A program made the translations under genes and the position numbers. A model generated the notes under the pieces. That model saw only the letters and a program-made list of their open reading frames with translations. It did not search any database and was not told where the DNA came from. Positions 1-9,495 of a stretch of 44,988 bases of DNA are shown one piece after another. This DNA is from Variovorax sp. (GTDB lineage: Bacteria > Pseudomonadota > Gammaproteobacteria > Burkholderiales > Burkholderiaceae_C). How positions within the stretch are numbered: the first letter of the stretch is position 1; each line of letters starts with the position of its first letter. The stretch covers positions 1 to 44,988 of the forward strand of contig SEGN01000023.1 of NCBI GenBank assembly GCA_004211245.1, read 5' to 3'.

Positions 1-107
1 TGGTGTGCAGTCCTTGCGGTGTATTGACCCGTTTCCCGTGGGGAAGTGCATTGCGCGTGGGGTCGGCCCGGAGGTGCTGCTGTCGCTCTTGCCGTGATGG
101 ACAGCCC

Positions 108-138
108 TACATTATAGCGGTTCGCGCAATATTCAAGG
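108..138 (-). promoter_or_regulatory. Putative promoter for the gene downstream of dnaG (probably rpoD, outside the window)
   Basis: Minus strand reads CTTGAA-tattgcgcgaaccgc-TATAAT over the dnaG stop. The -10 is perfect but the -35 spacing is non-canonical. dnaG-rpoD order is established. Confidence 0.45.
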
Positions 139-2034
139 GCTACCGCGTGCGGATCGAAGCCGCAGCTGCAATTCGCGGCGGCGCGATTGCAACGACCGGT
201 AACGCTCGAGCGCCAGCGGATCGCTCCCTGCGGCCGCGATCGCCTCGCTTTCGAGGGCCTTCAGGTGGTCGTCCAGCATGTAGTCGAGTACGTTGCGCAG
301 CTCGGCCGCGGCGTCGGCTGGCCGAGCGTCCGCGCCGGCATCGACGGGTGCCCCGTCGGGGCCTGTCATCACGCGCTGCGCCAGGGTTTCGAACGGCATG
401 CCACGCAGCCCTTCGCGCAGCGCCGCCCACGGCTGCGCGCCGTGCTCGTGCAGCTGGCTGTCGAGCCAGGCGAACAACTGCCCGTGCGCCCCGGGCAGGT
501 CGCACAGCAGGCCGTGCAGCTCGTGCGACAGCGCTTCCCACTCGGCCATGTTCGACAGCAGGAGCCGGGCGGCCACGTCGGGCCGGCTCAGTGGCAGCGT
601 GCGGCCGCGCGTCGCGGGCGGTGGCGAAGCCCTGTCCTTGCCATAGCGCCCGCCGGACGGCCGCCATGTGCTCTCTTTTTCATAGCGGGGCGGCGCCGCG
701 GAAGTGGGCGGCGGCGCGGCCCGGGGGGCTGGCGCCGCAGGGGTCCAGAGTTCGGTCAAGGCCTGGGCGCTCAACTGCACCAGCCCGGCGATGTCTTCCA
801 GCAACTGGCGCTTGAGCGCGCCGTCAGGCATGGCGGACCAGAGCGGGCGCACGTTGGCGGTCATGTGCGCCCGGCCTTCGGCGCTGCCGAGGTCGCAACC
901 CTCGCGCGCCGCTTCGAGCATGAAGCGGCTGAGCGGCGTGGCCTCGCTCACGAACCGCGCGAACGCATCGGCACCGAACTCGCGAATGAAGCTGTCGGGG
1001 TCGTGCTCGGCCGGCAGAAAAAGGAACTTGACGCTGCGCACGTCGGTGGCGAAGGGCAGGGCGCCGTCCAGCGCCTTGCGCGCGGCGCGCCGGCCGGCCG
1101 CGTCGCCGTCGAAGCTGAACACCACCGAATCGGTGAACCGGAACAGCTTCTGCACGTGTTCGGGCGTGCAGGCGGTGCCGAGCGTGGCCACCGCGTTCGG
1201 AAAACCGAGCTGCGCCAGTGCCACCACGTCCATGTAGCCCTCGGTCACCAGCGCGTAGCCCTTGTCGCGCAAGGCGGCGCGCGCTTCGAACAGGCCGTAG
1301 AGCTCGCGGCCCTTGCTGAAAACCGGCGTCTCGGGCGAGTTGAGGTACTTGGGCTTTTCGTCGCCCAACACCCGGCCGCCGAAGCCGATGCATTCGCCTT
1401 TCACGTTGCGGATCGGGAACATCACGCGATCCCTGAAACGGTCGTAGCGCTTGTCCTCACCGTCGTCGCCGACGATGACCAAGCCGCTCTCGGCCAGCAG
1501 CGGGTCGTCGTACTCGGGGAACACGCTGGCCAGCGTGCGCCATCCGGGCGGGGCATAGCCGATGCCGTATTCGCGCGCCACCTCGCCCGAAACGCCGCGG
1601 CCCTTCAGGTAGTCGATGGCAGTGACCGACTGCTTCAGCTGCTTGCGGTACGCCTCGCCGGCCTTCTCGAGCACTTCCGACAGCGTGGCCTGCTTCTGGC
1701 GCTGTCCTGCGGCGCGCGCGCGTTCCTCCGGCGAGGCGTCGTCCTCCGGCACCTGCATGCCGTACTGGCCCGCCAAATCGTGCACTGCCTCGACGAACCC
1801 CATGCCCGCGTGCTCCATCAGGAACCCGATCGCATTGCCGTGCACGCCGCAGCCGAAGCAGTGATAGAACTGCTTGGTCGGGCTGACCGAGAACGAGGGC
1901 GACTTCTCGCCGTGGAACGGGCACAGCCCCATGAAATTGGCGCCGGCCTTCTTGAGCTGAACATAGCGCCCGACGATCTCCACCACGTCCGCGCGCGCGA
2001 TGAGTTCCTGGATGAAAGAGGCGGGGATGGTCAT
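133..2034 (-). CDS. dnaG: DNA primase
   Basis: CHC2 zinc finger (CPFHGEKSPS...CFGCG), KYLNSPET, TOPRIM EGYMDV and FDGDAAG; start set at MTIPASF. Confidence 0.97.
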   Translation of the reverse strand: MTIPASFIQELIARADVVEIVGRYVQLKKAGANFMGLCPFHGEKSPSFSVSPTKQFYHCFGCGVHGNAIGFLMEHAGMGFVEAVHDLAGQYGMQVPEDDASPEERARAAGQRQKQATLSEVLEKAGEAYRKQLKQSVTAIDYLKGRGVSGEVAREYGIGYAPPGWRTLASVFPEYDDPLLAESGLVIVGDDGEDKRYDRFRDRVMFPIRNVKGECIGFGGRVLGDEKPKYLNSPETPVFSKGRELYGLFEARAALRDKGYALVTEGYMDVVALAQLGFPNAVATLGTACTPEHVQKLFRFTDSVVFSFDGDAAGRRAARKALDGALPFATDVRSVKFLFLPAEHDPDSFIREFGADAFARFVSEATPLSRFMLEAAREGCDLGSAEGRAHMTANVRPLWSAMPDGALKRQLLEDIAGLVQLSAQALTELWTPAAPAPRAAPPPTSAAPPRYEKESTWRPSGGRYGKDRASPPPATRGRTLPLSRPDVAARLLLSNMAEWEALSHELHGLLCDLPGAHGQLFAWLDSQLHEHGAQPWAALREGLRGMPFETLAQRVMTGPDGAPVDAGADARPADAAAELRNVLDYMLDDHLKALESEAIAAAGSDPLALERYRSLQSRRRELQLRLRSARGSP

Positions 2035-2102
2035 GTAGGCGGGGAGCGGCAAATCATACGCAAGCCATGGTGCCCGTACCGGGCGGCGGCATACTGCCCT
2101 CG

Positions 2103-3020
2103 ATGCAACGCCCATTCGCTCACGCCGCGCCGCTGCTGCGCCATCCTCTGCGCTTCGTGTGGGAAGCGCTGAAGGCGTTCAAGGCCAACCAGGGTCTGCT
2201 GCTGGCGGGTGCAGTGGCGTACTACGCGCTGCTCTCGATCGTCCCGTTGCTGATCGTCAGCGTCATGGCCATGTCGCATTTCATGGACCAGCGCGAACTG
2301 CTCGCCACCGTGGGACGCTACCTCGAATGGCTGCTGCCCGGGCAGTCGAGGGCGGTGGTGGGCGAACTGTCCAACTTCATGGCGCACCGGGACGTGCTGG
2401 GCCCGGTCCTGCTGGTCACGATGGTGTTCTTCAGCTCGCTCGCCTTCTCGGTGCTCGAGAGCGCGATGGCGGTGATCTTCCACCATCGGCGCGCACTGCA
2501 CCGGCGCCACGCGCTGCTGTCGCTGGTCATGCCGTATCTCTACATCCTCTGCCTGTGCATCGGGCTCATGCTGGTCACGCTGGTGTCCGGCGCACTGCAG
2601 CTGATCGGCCAGGAGAGTGTCGATCTGTTCGGGCGCAGCTGGTCGCTGTCGGGCGTGTCGGGGCTGCTGCTCTACCTGCTCGGGCTGGGCGGCGAGATCT
2701 TCATGCTGACCTCGCTCTACCTCGTCATGCCGGTCGGGCGCCTTTCGTTGCGCCACGCGCTGCTGGGCGGCGTGACGGCGGCCCTCCTGTGGGAAGTGAC
2801 GCGCCGGATCCTGGTGTGGTACTTCTCGACGCTCTCGCAGATCAACGTGGTCTACGGTTCGCTGACCACCGCCATCGTGGTGCTGCTGAGCCTGGAGATT
2901 GCCGCGATGCTGGTGCTGTTCGGCGCCCAGGTCATCGCGCAGTACGAGCGGCTGGAGCGCACCGGCAGCGCCCGTGCGCCTACCGGGGAGGGAGCCGGAT
3001 TGCCCCGTCCAGGCGAATGA
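2103..3020 (+). CDS. YihY/virulence factor BrkB family membrane protein
   Basis: [12 protein letters not shown] and NVVYGSL motifs, about 6 hydrophobic segments; overlaps the 3' end of the convergent SDR by 41 bp. Confidence 0.85.
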   Translation: MQRPFAHAAPLLRHPLRFVWEALKAFKANQGLLLAGAVAYYALLSIVPLLIVSVMAMSHFMDQRELLATVGRYLEWLLPGQSRAVVGELSNFMAHRDVLGPVLLVTMVFFSSLAFSVLESAMAVIFHHRRALHRRHALLSLVMPYLYILCLCIGLMLVTLVSGALQLIGQESVDLFGRSWSLSGVSGLLLYLLGLGGEIFMLTSLYLVMPVGRLSLRHALLGGVTAALLWEVTRRILVWYFSTLSQINVVYGSLTTAIVVLLSLEIAAMLVLFGAQVIAQYERLERTGSARAPTGEGAGLPRPGE

Positions 3021-3738
3021 CTTCGCCATTGAGCATGTCGTTCTCGATGATGTGCTTCGCCAGCTTGGCGTAGTCCTCGGGCGTGCCGAGGCGGGACGGG
3101 AAGGGCACGCTGGCGGCGAGTGCGTCCTGCAGGTCCTGCGGCATGCCGAACAGCATCGGCGTGCCGAAGATGCCGGGGGCGATCGTCATGTTGCGGATGC
3201 CGTTGCGCGCCAGATCACGCGCGATCGGGAGCGTCATGCCGACCACGCCGCCCTTGGAAGCCGAGTAGGCTGCCTGCCCCATCTGGCCGTCGTAGGCCGC
3301 GACCGAGGCGGTGGAGATCATCACGCCGCGCTCGCCGGTCGACTCCGGCTCGTTCTTGCACATCGCCTCGGCCGCCAGCCGGATCATGTTGAAGCTGCCG
3401 ACCAGGTTCACCGTGATGGTCTTGGCGAACACGGCCAGCGCATGCGCGCCGTTCTTGCCGACGGTTTTTTCGGCCGGCGCAATGCCCGCGCAGTTGACCA
3501 GGCCCATGAGTTTGCCGAGCTGCAGCGCCGCAGCGACGGCGGCCTGGCCGTCGGCTTCCTGGCTCACATCGCATTTCATGAACACGCCGCCGATCTCGGC
3601 TGCAACGGCAGCACCCTTGTCGGCTTGCATGTCGGCCACGACGACCTTCGCGCCATTGGCCGCCAGCATGCGCGCCGTGCCTTCGCCCAGGCCCGAGGCG
3701 CCGCCGGTCACGATGAAAACCTTGCCTTCGATCTGCAT
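2980..3738 (-). CDS. 3-hydroxyacyl-CoA dehydrogenase (SDR, HSD10-like)
   Basis: [25 protein letters not shown]; RBS AAGGAG. Confidence 0.92.
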   Translation of the reverse strand: MQIEGKVFIVTGGASGLGEGTARMLAANGAKVVVADMQADKGAAVAAEIGGVFMKCDVSQEADGQAAVAAALQLGKLMGLVNCAGIAPAEKTVGKNGAHALAVFAKTITVNLVGSFNMIRLAAEAMCKNEPESTGERGVMISTASVAAYDGQMGQAAYSASKGGVVGMTLPIARDLARNGIRNMTIAPGIFGTPMLFGMPQDLQDALAASVPFPSRLGTPEDYAKLAKHIIENDMLNGEVIRLDGAIRLPPR

Positions 3739-3790
3739 AGAAAAATCTCCTTGATGTGAGGAGAAGCATTAGAGCAAAGCTGCGACGAAC

Positions 3791-3822
3791 AAAAAAAGGG
3801 CCCTGTCCGGAGACAGGGCCCT
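3791..3822 (-). terminator. Rho-independent terminator downstream of phasin
   Basis: 11-bp stem AGGGCCCTGTC/GACAGGGCCCT followed by a T-tract on the minus strand. Confidence 0.85.
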
Positions 3823-3855
3823 GAATTGGATCCGGGAGGACCCAAGGAGACAACT
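3791..3855 (-). ncRNA. Candidate phaP 3'-UTR small RNA with CU-rich anti-Shine-Dalgarno motif and intrinsic terminator
   Basis: Minus strand GTTGTCTCC-TTGGGTCC(TCCC)GGATCCAA-TTC-AGGGCCCTGTC(TCCG)GACAGGGCCCT-T6: two hairpins, CUCC motifs and a U tail. Confidence 0.55.
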
Positions 3856-3867
3856 TGTAGTTTGGGC

Positions 3868-4425
3868 TCAGCGCTTGCGCGAAGCGGTCTGGGCGGTGCT
3901 CTTGGCAGCGTTCACGGCCGAGGTCGACACGGCGGTGAAGTTGGCTTCGGCGACGTCGGAAGCTTGCTTGACGGCCTTTTGAACCGATTCGAACGCGTTG
4001 TTGGCGGCAGCCACGGCGCTCTTCATCATGGCGACGGCAGTTTCCGAGCCGGCCGGTGCGTTCTTGGAAGCGCTGTCGACCAGGCCGACGATGGTGGCTT
4101 GCGTTTCGGCAGCCTTGGCTTCGAAAGCCTTGCTGAATTCGGCGCCGGTGCCTTGGGCGATGTCGTACAGGTGACGGCTGTAGGCGGTGGTCTTCTCGGC
4201 GAGCGGCTGGAACAGGCTGGCTTGCAGTGCGAGCAGTTCCTGCGCGTCCTTGACGCTCAGCATGGCCTGGGCGGTGCCCTGCGCTTCGGTCAGCGCAGCC
4301 TTGGAGGCCGTCACGTTGAGTTCGACCAGCTTCTCGACGCCTTCGAAGGCCTTGGTGGTCAGGCCGAACAGGGTTTCGAGGTTGGCTTTTTGGGCGGCGA
4401 GGAATTGGTCAGCGGTCAGTGCCAT
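3868..4425 (-). CDS. phaP: Phasin (PHA granule-associated protein)
   Basis: [37 protein letters not shown], typical PhaP1-like N-terminus; Ala-rich. Confidence 0.92.
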   Translation of the reverse strand: MALTADQFLAAQKANLETLFGLTTKAFEGVEKLVELNVTASKAALTEAQGTAQAMLSVKDAQELLALQASLFQPLAEKTTAYSRHLYDIAQGTGAEFSKAFEAKAAETQATIVGLVDSASKNAPAGSETAVAMMKSAVAAANNAFESVQKAVKQASDVAEANFTAVSTSAVNAAKSTAQTASRKR

Positions 4426-4478
4426 GGTGTGCTCCAGAGGTTTAGAAAGTGGTTGACGTTTCGCTGACATCCGCATTT

Positions 4479-4554
4479 ATGTTGCGCCGCAGCATGGACC
4501 GAAGTATAGGTCGCCGGTCATTTCTATCAACCCTTTTTTGCTGCAATGCAGCAA
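4479..4554 (-). promoter_or_regulatory. phaP promoter flanked by two TGC-N-GCA palindromes (putative PhaR operators)
   Basis: ATGTTGCGCCGCAGCAT (4479-4495) and the perfect palindrome TTGCTGCAATGCAGCAA (4538-4554) bracket minus-strand TTGATA-16-TATACT. Confidence 0.65.
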
Positions 4555-4598
4555 TCTAGAGGGCGTCTTCTAAATCGCGGCTGGCAGAATGCCGCGCC

Positions 4599-5042
4599 AT
4601 GGAGCGCGCCCCCAAACCCACACCCGAGCACCGCAGCCGCTATCGCGTCTTTCGCAGCATCGCGACACGCTGGGCCGACAACGACGCCTACGGTCACGTG
4701 AACAATGTCGTCTATTACGAATGGTTCGACACCGCGGTGAACGCCCTGTTGATCGAGCGGGGTGCACTCGACATCCACCGCGGCGACACCATCGGCTTCG
4801 TGGTCGAGACCCGGTGCAACTACTTCGCGCCGCTGGCATTCCCGCAAAACGTGGAGGCCGGCATCCGGGTTGCAGAGTCGGGACGATCCAGCGTCCGCTA
4901 CGAGATCGGCCTGTTTGCCGAAGGGGCGCAAACGGCAGCGGCGCAAGGCCACTTCGTGCATGTCTACGTGGATCGCGCGACCCGCCGACCCGTGGCCTTG
5001 CCCGACGCGCTCGCCCGCGTGGTGGCTGACCTCATCACCTGA
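4599..5042 (+). CDS. Acyl-CoA thioesterase (4HBT/hotdog family)
   Basis: [17 protein letters not shown] motif. Confidence 0.9.
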   Translation: MERAPKPTPEHRSRYRVFRSIATRWADNDAYGHVNNVVYYEWFDTAVNALLIERGALDIHRGDTIGFVVETRCNYFAPLAFPQNVEAGIRVAESGRSSVRYEIGLFAEGAQTAAAQGHFVHVYVDRATRRPVALPDALARVVADLIT

Positions 5043-5054
5043 GCGCCCCCCAAA

Positions 5055-5081
5055 GAAAAAGGCGCCCGCAGGCGCCTTTCT
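5055..5081. terminator. Bidirectional terminator
   Basis: AAAGGCGCC-CGCA-GGCGCCTTT between convergent genes. Confidence 0.75.
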
Positions 5082-5098
5082 CGGATCGGATCAACCGA

Positions 5099-5500
5099 TC
5101 ACATCTTCATGGCCTTGATGTCGGCCTTGCCCTTGGCTTCATCCGCCTTGGCCTGCTTCATGCAGGCGCTCTTGGCGTCGCCGGACTGGTCATCGCACTT
5201 TTCCTTGGCAACCTCGTACATCGCGTCGACCTTCTCTTCGGCCACCTTCTTGGCGTGGCTCTTCGACGGCTTGTAGGCCTGCTCGAGCTCGGCCTTGGCG
5301 ACCTTCTCGGTCCCCTTGGCTTCCTTCTCGCACACGTCCTTCGCGTTGTCCTTCATGGCGTCGCACTTGGCCTTCGAGACCTTGTAGTCGGCCTCGATCT
5401 TTTCCTTGGCGACGTTGTATTCGTCCTTGGTCATGGCACTGGCCTGACCGGCGATCATGCAGGACGAAGCGATGGCGAGCATCAGCAGATGTTTTTTCAT
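5099..5500 (-). CDS. Small secreted Lys/Ala/Glu-rich hypothetical protein with two C-x10-C repeats
   Basis: Signal peptide MKKHLLMLAIASSCMIAGQASA; repeats AKCDAMKDNAKDVCEKEAK and EKCDDQSGDAKSACMKQAK. Confidence 0.8.
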   Translation of the reverse strand: MKKHLLMLAIASSCMIAGQASAMTKDEYNVAKEKIEADYKVSKAKCDAMKDNAKDVCEKEAKGTEKVAKAELEQAYKPSKSHAKKVAEEKVDAMYEVAKEKCDDQSGDAKSACMKQAKADEAKGKADIKAMKM

Positions 5501-5538
5501 GGTGAGTTCCCTCTGGAGTTGTGAATTGGGTGAAGAGA

Positions 5539-5772
5539 TCAGACGCGCTCGAACCACAGGGCGTCGCGCGTACGGCCATCGCGGGTTTCCCACTCGCTGA
5601 CCTGCTTCTCGGCTTCGTCGCGGCTGATGCCGTGGCGCTCCTGGATGCGGCCCAGCAGCTGGTCGCGCTTGCCGGCAATGACGTCGAAATCGTCGTCGGT
5701 CAGCTTGCCCCATTGCTCCTTGACCTTGCCCTTGAGCTGCTTCCAGTTGCCTTCGACGGTGTCCTTGTTCAT
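5539..5772 (-). CDS. CsbD family general stress protein
   Basis: EGNWKQLKGKVKEQWGKLTDDD...GKRDQLLGRIQERHG; RBS GAAGGAG. Confidence 0.92.
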   Translation of the reverse strand: MNKDTVEGNWKQLKGKVKEQWGKLTDDDFDVIAGKRDQLLGRIQERHGISRDEAEKQVSEWETRDGRTRDALWFERV

Positions 5773-5944
5773 GGTGCTATCTCCTTCATTGCGGTTGAGG
5801 CGTCGGCCTGTTTGCCAACGTGTTCGCAATGTGCAGCGTGCCTTGCGAAAACCCGGTAGGACGCGCCGGGAAGGGACCGTAGGCACTTGCTGACGCGGGC
5901 CGTGATAATGCCGGCAGACCCAGCGACAAAGCGGTTTGCCATCC

Positions 5945-7162
5945 ATGATCATTCACAGCCTGCTCGACACCGACCTCTACAAATTCACGATGATGCAGGT
6001 GGTGCTCCACCACTTCCCGGGCGCGCAGGTCGAGTACCGCTTCAAGTGCCGCAATCCCGGCGTCGATCTGGCCCGTTTCGCCAACCAGATACGCGAGGAG
6101 GTGAGGCATCTCTGCTCGGTGCAGTTCAAGGACGCCGAACTCGCGTACCTGCGCTCGATGCGATTCATCAAGAGCGACTTCGTCGACTTTCTCGGTCTGT
6201 TCAAGCTCAACGAGAAGTACATCGACATCGTTGCGCAAGCCGATGGCACGCTCGACATCCGCATCCAGGGACCGTGGCTGCACACCATCCTGTTCGAGAT
6301 CCCGGTGCTCGCGATCGTCAACGAGGTCTACTTCCGCAACACGCAGCCGCAGCCCGATCTCGCAGAAGGCCGGCGGCGACTCGCCACGAAGATAGAGCAA
6401 CTGCGCGGCGACGGGCTGGCCGACCTCAAGATTGCCGACTACGGAACCCGCCGCCGCTTCTCCAAGGAATGGCACGAGGAGGTGCTGCGCACGCTGAGCC
6501 GCGAACTCGGCGCCGTGACCGTGCCGGCCCGCCTCGGCGAGCGCAGCCCGCAGTTCGCAGGCACCAGCAACGTGCTGTATGCGATGAAGCTCGGCCTGAT
6601 TCCGCTCGGCACCATGGCGCACGAATACCTCCAGGCCTGCCAGGCGCTCGGCCCGCGGTTGCGCGACAGCCAGGTGTTCGGCTTCGAGATGTGGGGCCGC
6701 GAATACCGCGGCGACCTCGGCATCGCCTTGTCCGACGTGTATGGCATGAGCGCGTTCCTGCGCGACTTCGATCTGTTCTTCTGCAAGCTGTTCGACGGTT
6801 CGCGCCACGACAGCGGCGACCCGTTCCAGTGGGGCGAGCGGATGCTGGCGCACTACGTCGCGAACCGGGTCGACCCGCGTACCAAGACGCTGATCTTCAG
6901 CGACGGACTCACGGTGCCGCGCACCATCGAGCTCTACCAGCAGTTCCGCGGACGTTGCCAGCTGGCTTTCGGCATCGGCACCAATCTCACCAACGACCTC
7001 GGCTACGAGCCGCTGCAGATCGTCATCAAGATGATCCGCTGCAACGGCCAGCCGGTGGCCAAGCTGTCGGACACGCCGTCCAAGAACATGTGCGAGGACG
7101 AGAAGTACCTGGCCTATCTGCGGCAGGTGTTCGAGATCGAAGCGCCGAAGGCGGCGGCATGA
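5945..7162 (+). CDS. pncB: Nicotinate phosphoribosyltransferase
   Basis: [42 protein letters not shown]. Confidence 0.96.
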   Translation: MIIHSLLDTDLYKFTMMQVVLHHFPGAQVEYRFKCRNPGVDLARFANQIREEVRHLCSVQFKDAELAYLRSMRFIKSDFVDFLGLFKLNEKYIDIVAQADGTLDIRIQGPWLHTILFEIPVLAIVNEVYFRNTQPQPDLAEGRRRLATKIEQLRGDGLADLKIADYGTRRRFSKEWHEEVLRTLSRELGAVTVPARLGERSPQFAGTSNVLYAMKLGLIPLGTMAHEYLQACQALGPRLRDSQVFGFEMWGREYRGDLGIALSDVYGMSAFLRDFDLFFCKLFDGSRHDSGDPFQWGERMLAHYVANRVDPRTKTLIFSDGLTVPRTIELYQQFRGRCQLAFGIGTNLTNDLGYEPLQIVIKMIRCNGQPVAKLSDTPSKNMCEDEKYLAYLRQVFEIEAPKAAA

Positions 7163-8499
7163 ACGGGGCGGAACTCTCGCCGTTGTGGGGTGTGCCGTTC
7201 GCCGGCCTGCTGCTGTCGATCGCATTGATGCCGCTGCTGGTGCCAACGTTCTGGCACCACCATTACGGCAAGGTCGCCGCAGCATGGGCACTCGCGTTCC
7301 TGCTGCCTTTTGCGCTGCGATTCGGCGCATCGGCGACCTCGCACGAGATCGTGCATGCCTTGCTGGCGGAGTACATCCCGTTCATCATCCTGCTCACTGC
7401 GCTCTTCACCGTGGCTGGCGGCATTCACATCCGCGGCAACCTGCACGGCGCACCCGGACTCAACGTCGCGATCCTGGCGATCGGCGCGGTGCTGGCCAGC
7501 TTCATGGGCACCACCGGTGCATCGATGCTGCTGATCCGGCCGCTCATCCGCGCCAACGACAACCGCGTGCACAAGGCGCACGTGGTGGTGTTCTTCATCT
7601 TCATCGTGTCCAACATCGGCGGATCGCTCACGCCGCTGGGCGATCCACCGTTGTTCCTGGGCTTCCTGAAGGGCGTGGAATTCTTCTGGACGGCGAAGAA
7701 CATCCTGCCGGACACGCTGTTCCTGCTGGCGGCGCTGCTGGCGATCTTCTATGCCATCGACACATGGTTCTACCGCCGCGAAGGTGTCCTGCCGGTCGAC
7801 CCGACACCCGACACCCGCCCCGGCATCGCGTTCGAAGGGGCGCGCAATTTCTGGTTGCTGGCCGGCATCGTCTTCTTCGTGTTGCTGAGCGGCATCTGGA
7901 AGTCCCCGGTGGTGTTCGACGTCGCCGGCACGCCGGTCGGGCTGCCGGGCCTCGTGCGCGACATCGGGCTGGTGGCGATCACGCTGTTGTCGATCAGGGT
8001 CACGCCTTCGAAGGTGCATGCGGACAACCAGTTCGAATGGGGTCCGATGCTCGAGGTGGCCAAGCTCTTCGCGGGCATCTTCCTGACGATCGTCCCGGTC
8101 ATCGCCATGCTCAAGGCCGGCACCCAGGGCCCGTTCGGCGCCGTGGTGTCGGCCGTCACCCGGCCCGACGGCCAGCCCGACCCGGCCATGTACTTCTGGG
8201 CGACCGGGATCCTGAGTTCCTTTCTCGACAACGCACCCACGTACCTGGTGTTCTTCAACACCGCGGGCGGCGACCCGGTGGCGCTGATGACAACCTACGC
8301 GACCACACTGGCCGCGGTCTCCGCCGGCGCCGTCTTCATGGGCGCCAACACCTACATCGGCAACGCGCCGAACCTCATGGTCAAGGCCATCGCCGAGAGC
8401 CGCGGCGTGAAGATGCCGAGCTTCTTCGGGTACATGGGATGGTCGGTCGCCATCCTGGTGCCGTTGTTCGTCGCCACCACTTTCATCTTCTTCCGCTGA
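7159..8499 (+). CDS. Putative sodium:proton antiporter / ion transporter (IT superfamily)
   Basis: Multi-TM; [31 protein letters not shown]; ATGA overlap with the pncB stop. Confidence 0.8.
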   Translation: MNGAELSPLWGVPFAGLLLSIALMPLLVPTFWHHHYGKVAAAWALAFLLPFALRFGASATSHEIVHALLAEYIPFIILLTALFTVAGGIHIRGNLHGAPGLNVAILAIGAVLASFMGTTGASMLLIRPLIRANDNRVHKAHVVVFFIFIVSNIGGSLTPLGDPPLFLGFLKGVEFFWTAKNILPDTLFLLAALLAIFYAIDTWFYRREGVLPVDPTPDTRPGIAFEGARNFWLLAGIVFFVLLSGIWKSPVVFDVAGTPVGLPGLVRDIGLVAITLLSIRVTPSKVHADNQFEWGPMLEVAKLFAGIFLTIVPVIAMLKAGTQGPFGAVVSAVTRPDGQPDPAMYFWATGILSSFLDNAPTYLVFFNTAGGDPVALMTTYATTLAAVSAGAVFMGANTYIGNAPNLMVKAIAESRGVKMPSFFGYMGWSVAILVPLFVATTFIFFR

Positions 8500-8500
8500 A

Positions 8501-9484
8501 ATGAACAAACCCCAAGTCCTGGTCGCACGCGCGATCTTTCCTGAAACCATCGCCCGGCTCGAAGAACATTTCGAAGTCGAGTCGAACCAGGACGATGCCG
8601 CCTGGTCGAAGGCGGAATTCATCGCGAGGCTGCAGGGCAAGCAGGGCGTGTTCACCACGGGCAGCGAGCGCATCGACGGCGAACTGCTCGATGCGTGCCC
8701 CGACCTGAAGATCTGCGCCAACATGGCCGTCGGCTACAACAACTTCGACGTCGATGCGATGACCGCACACGGCGTGGTCGGCACCAATGCACCCGATGTG
8801 CTGACCGAAACGACGGCGGACTTCGGCTTCGCGCTGCTGATGGCGACGGCGCGCCGCGTCACCGAGAGCGAGCATTACCTGCGGGCCGGCAAGTGGACGA
8901 AGTGGGCCTACGACATGTTCTCCGGCTCCGACGTCCACGGCAGCACGCTCGGCATCATCGGCATGGGCCGGATCGGGCAGGGCATCGCGAAGCGCGGAGC
9001 GCACGGTTTCGGCATGAAGGTGATCTACCACAACCGGTCACGCCTGGACGCGCAACTCGAAGCGGATTGCAAGGCCAGCTATGCGAGCAAGGAAGAACTG
9101 CTGAAGACCGCCGACCACGTCGTGCTCGTCGTGCCGTATTCCGCTGCGTCGCACCACACGATCGGCGCTGCCGAGCTGGCGCTGATGAAGCCGACCGCGA
9201 CCTTGATCAACATCGCGCGCGGCGGCATCGTCGACGATGCGGCGCTCGCCTTGGCGCTGCGCGAAAGGCGCATCGCCGCGGCCGGCCTCGACGTGTTCGA
9301 AGGCGAGCCGAAGGTGCATCCCGATCTGCTGACCGTGCCGAACGTGGTGCTCACGCCGCACATCGCCAGCGCCACCGTGCCGACGCGCCGCGCCATGGCC
9401 GGCCTGGCGACCGACAACCTCGTCGGTTTCCTGACGCAGGGCAAGGCGCTCACGCCGGTCAATCCCGCCGTGCTGACGCGTTGA
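8501..9484 (+). CDS. D-2-hydroxyacid dehydrogenase (glyoxylate/hydroxypyruvate reductase-like)
   Basis: GIIGMGRIG, INIARGGIVD, LDVFEGEP, TPHIAS. Confidence 0.92.
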   Translation: MNKPQVLVARAIFPETIARLEEHFEVESNQDDAAWSKAEFIARLQGKQGVFTTGSERIDGELLDACPDLKICANMAVGYNNFDVDAMTAHGVVGTNAPDVLTETTADFGFALLMATARRVTESEHYLRAGKWTKWAYDMFSGSDVHGSTLGIIGMGRIGQGIAKRGAHGFGMKVIYHNRSRLDAQLEADCKASYASKEELLKTADHVVLVVPYSAASHHTIGAAELALMKPTATLINIARGGIVDDAALALALRERRIAAAGLDVFEGEPKVHPDLLTVPNVVLTPHIASATVPTRRAMAGLATDNLVGFLTQGKALTPVNPAVLTR

Positions 9485-9495
9485 ACGGACACGAG

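Noticed and set aside
5887-8499. 870-aa ORF
   Set aside because: The N-terminal half is an alternative frame over pncB; the real gene starts at the ATGA overlap at 7159.
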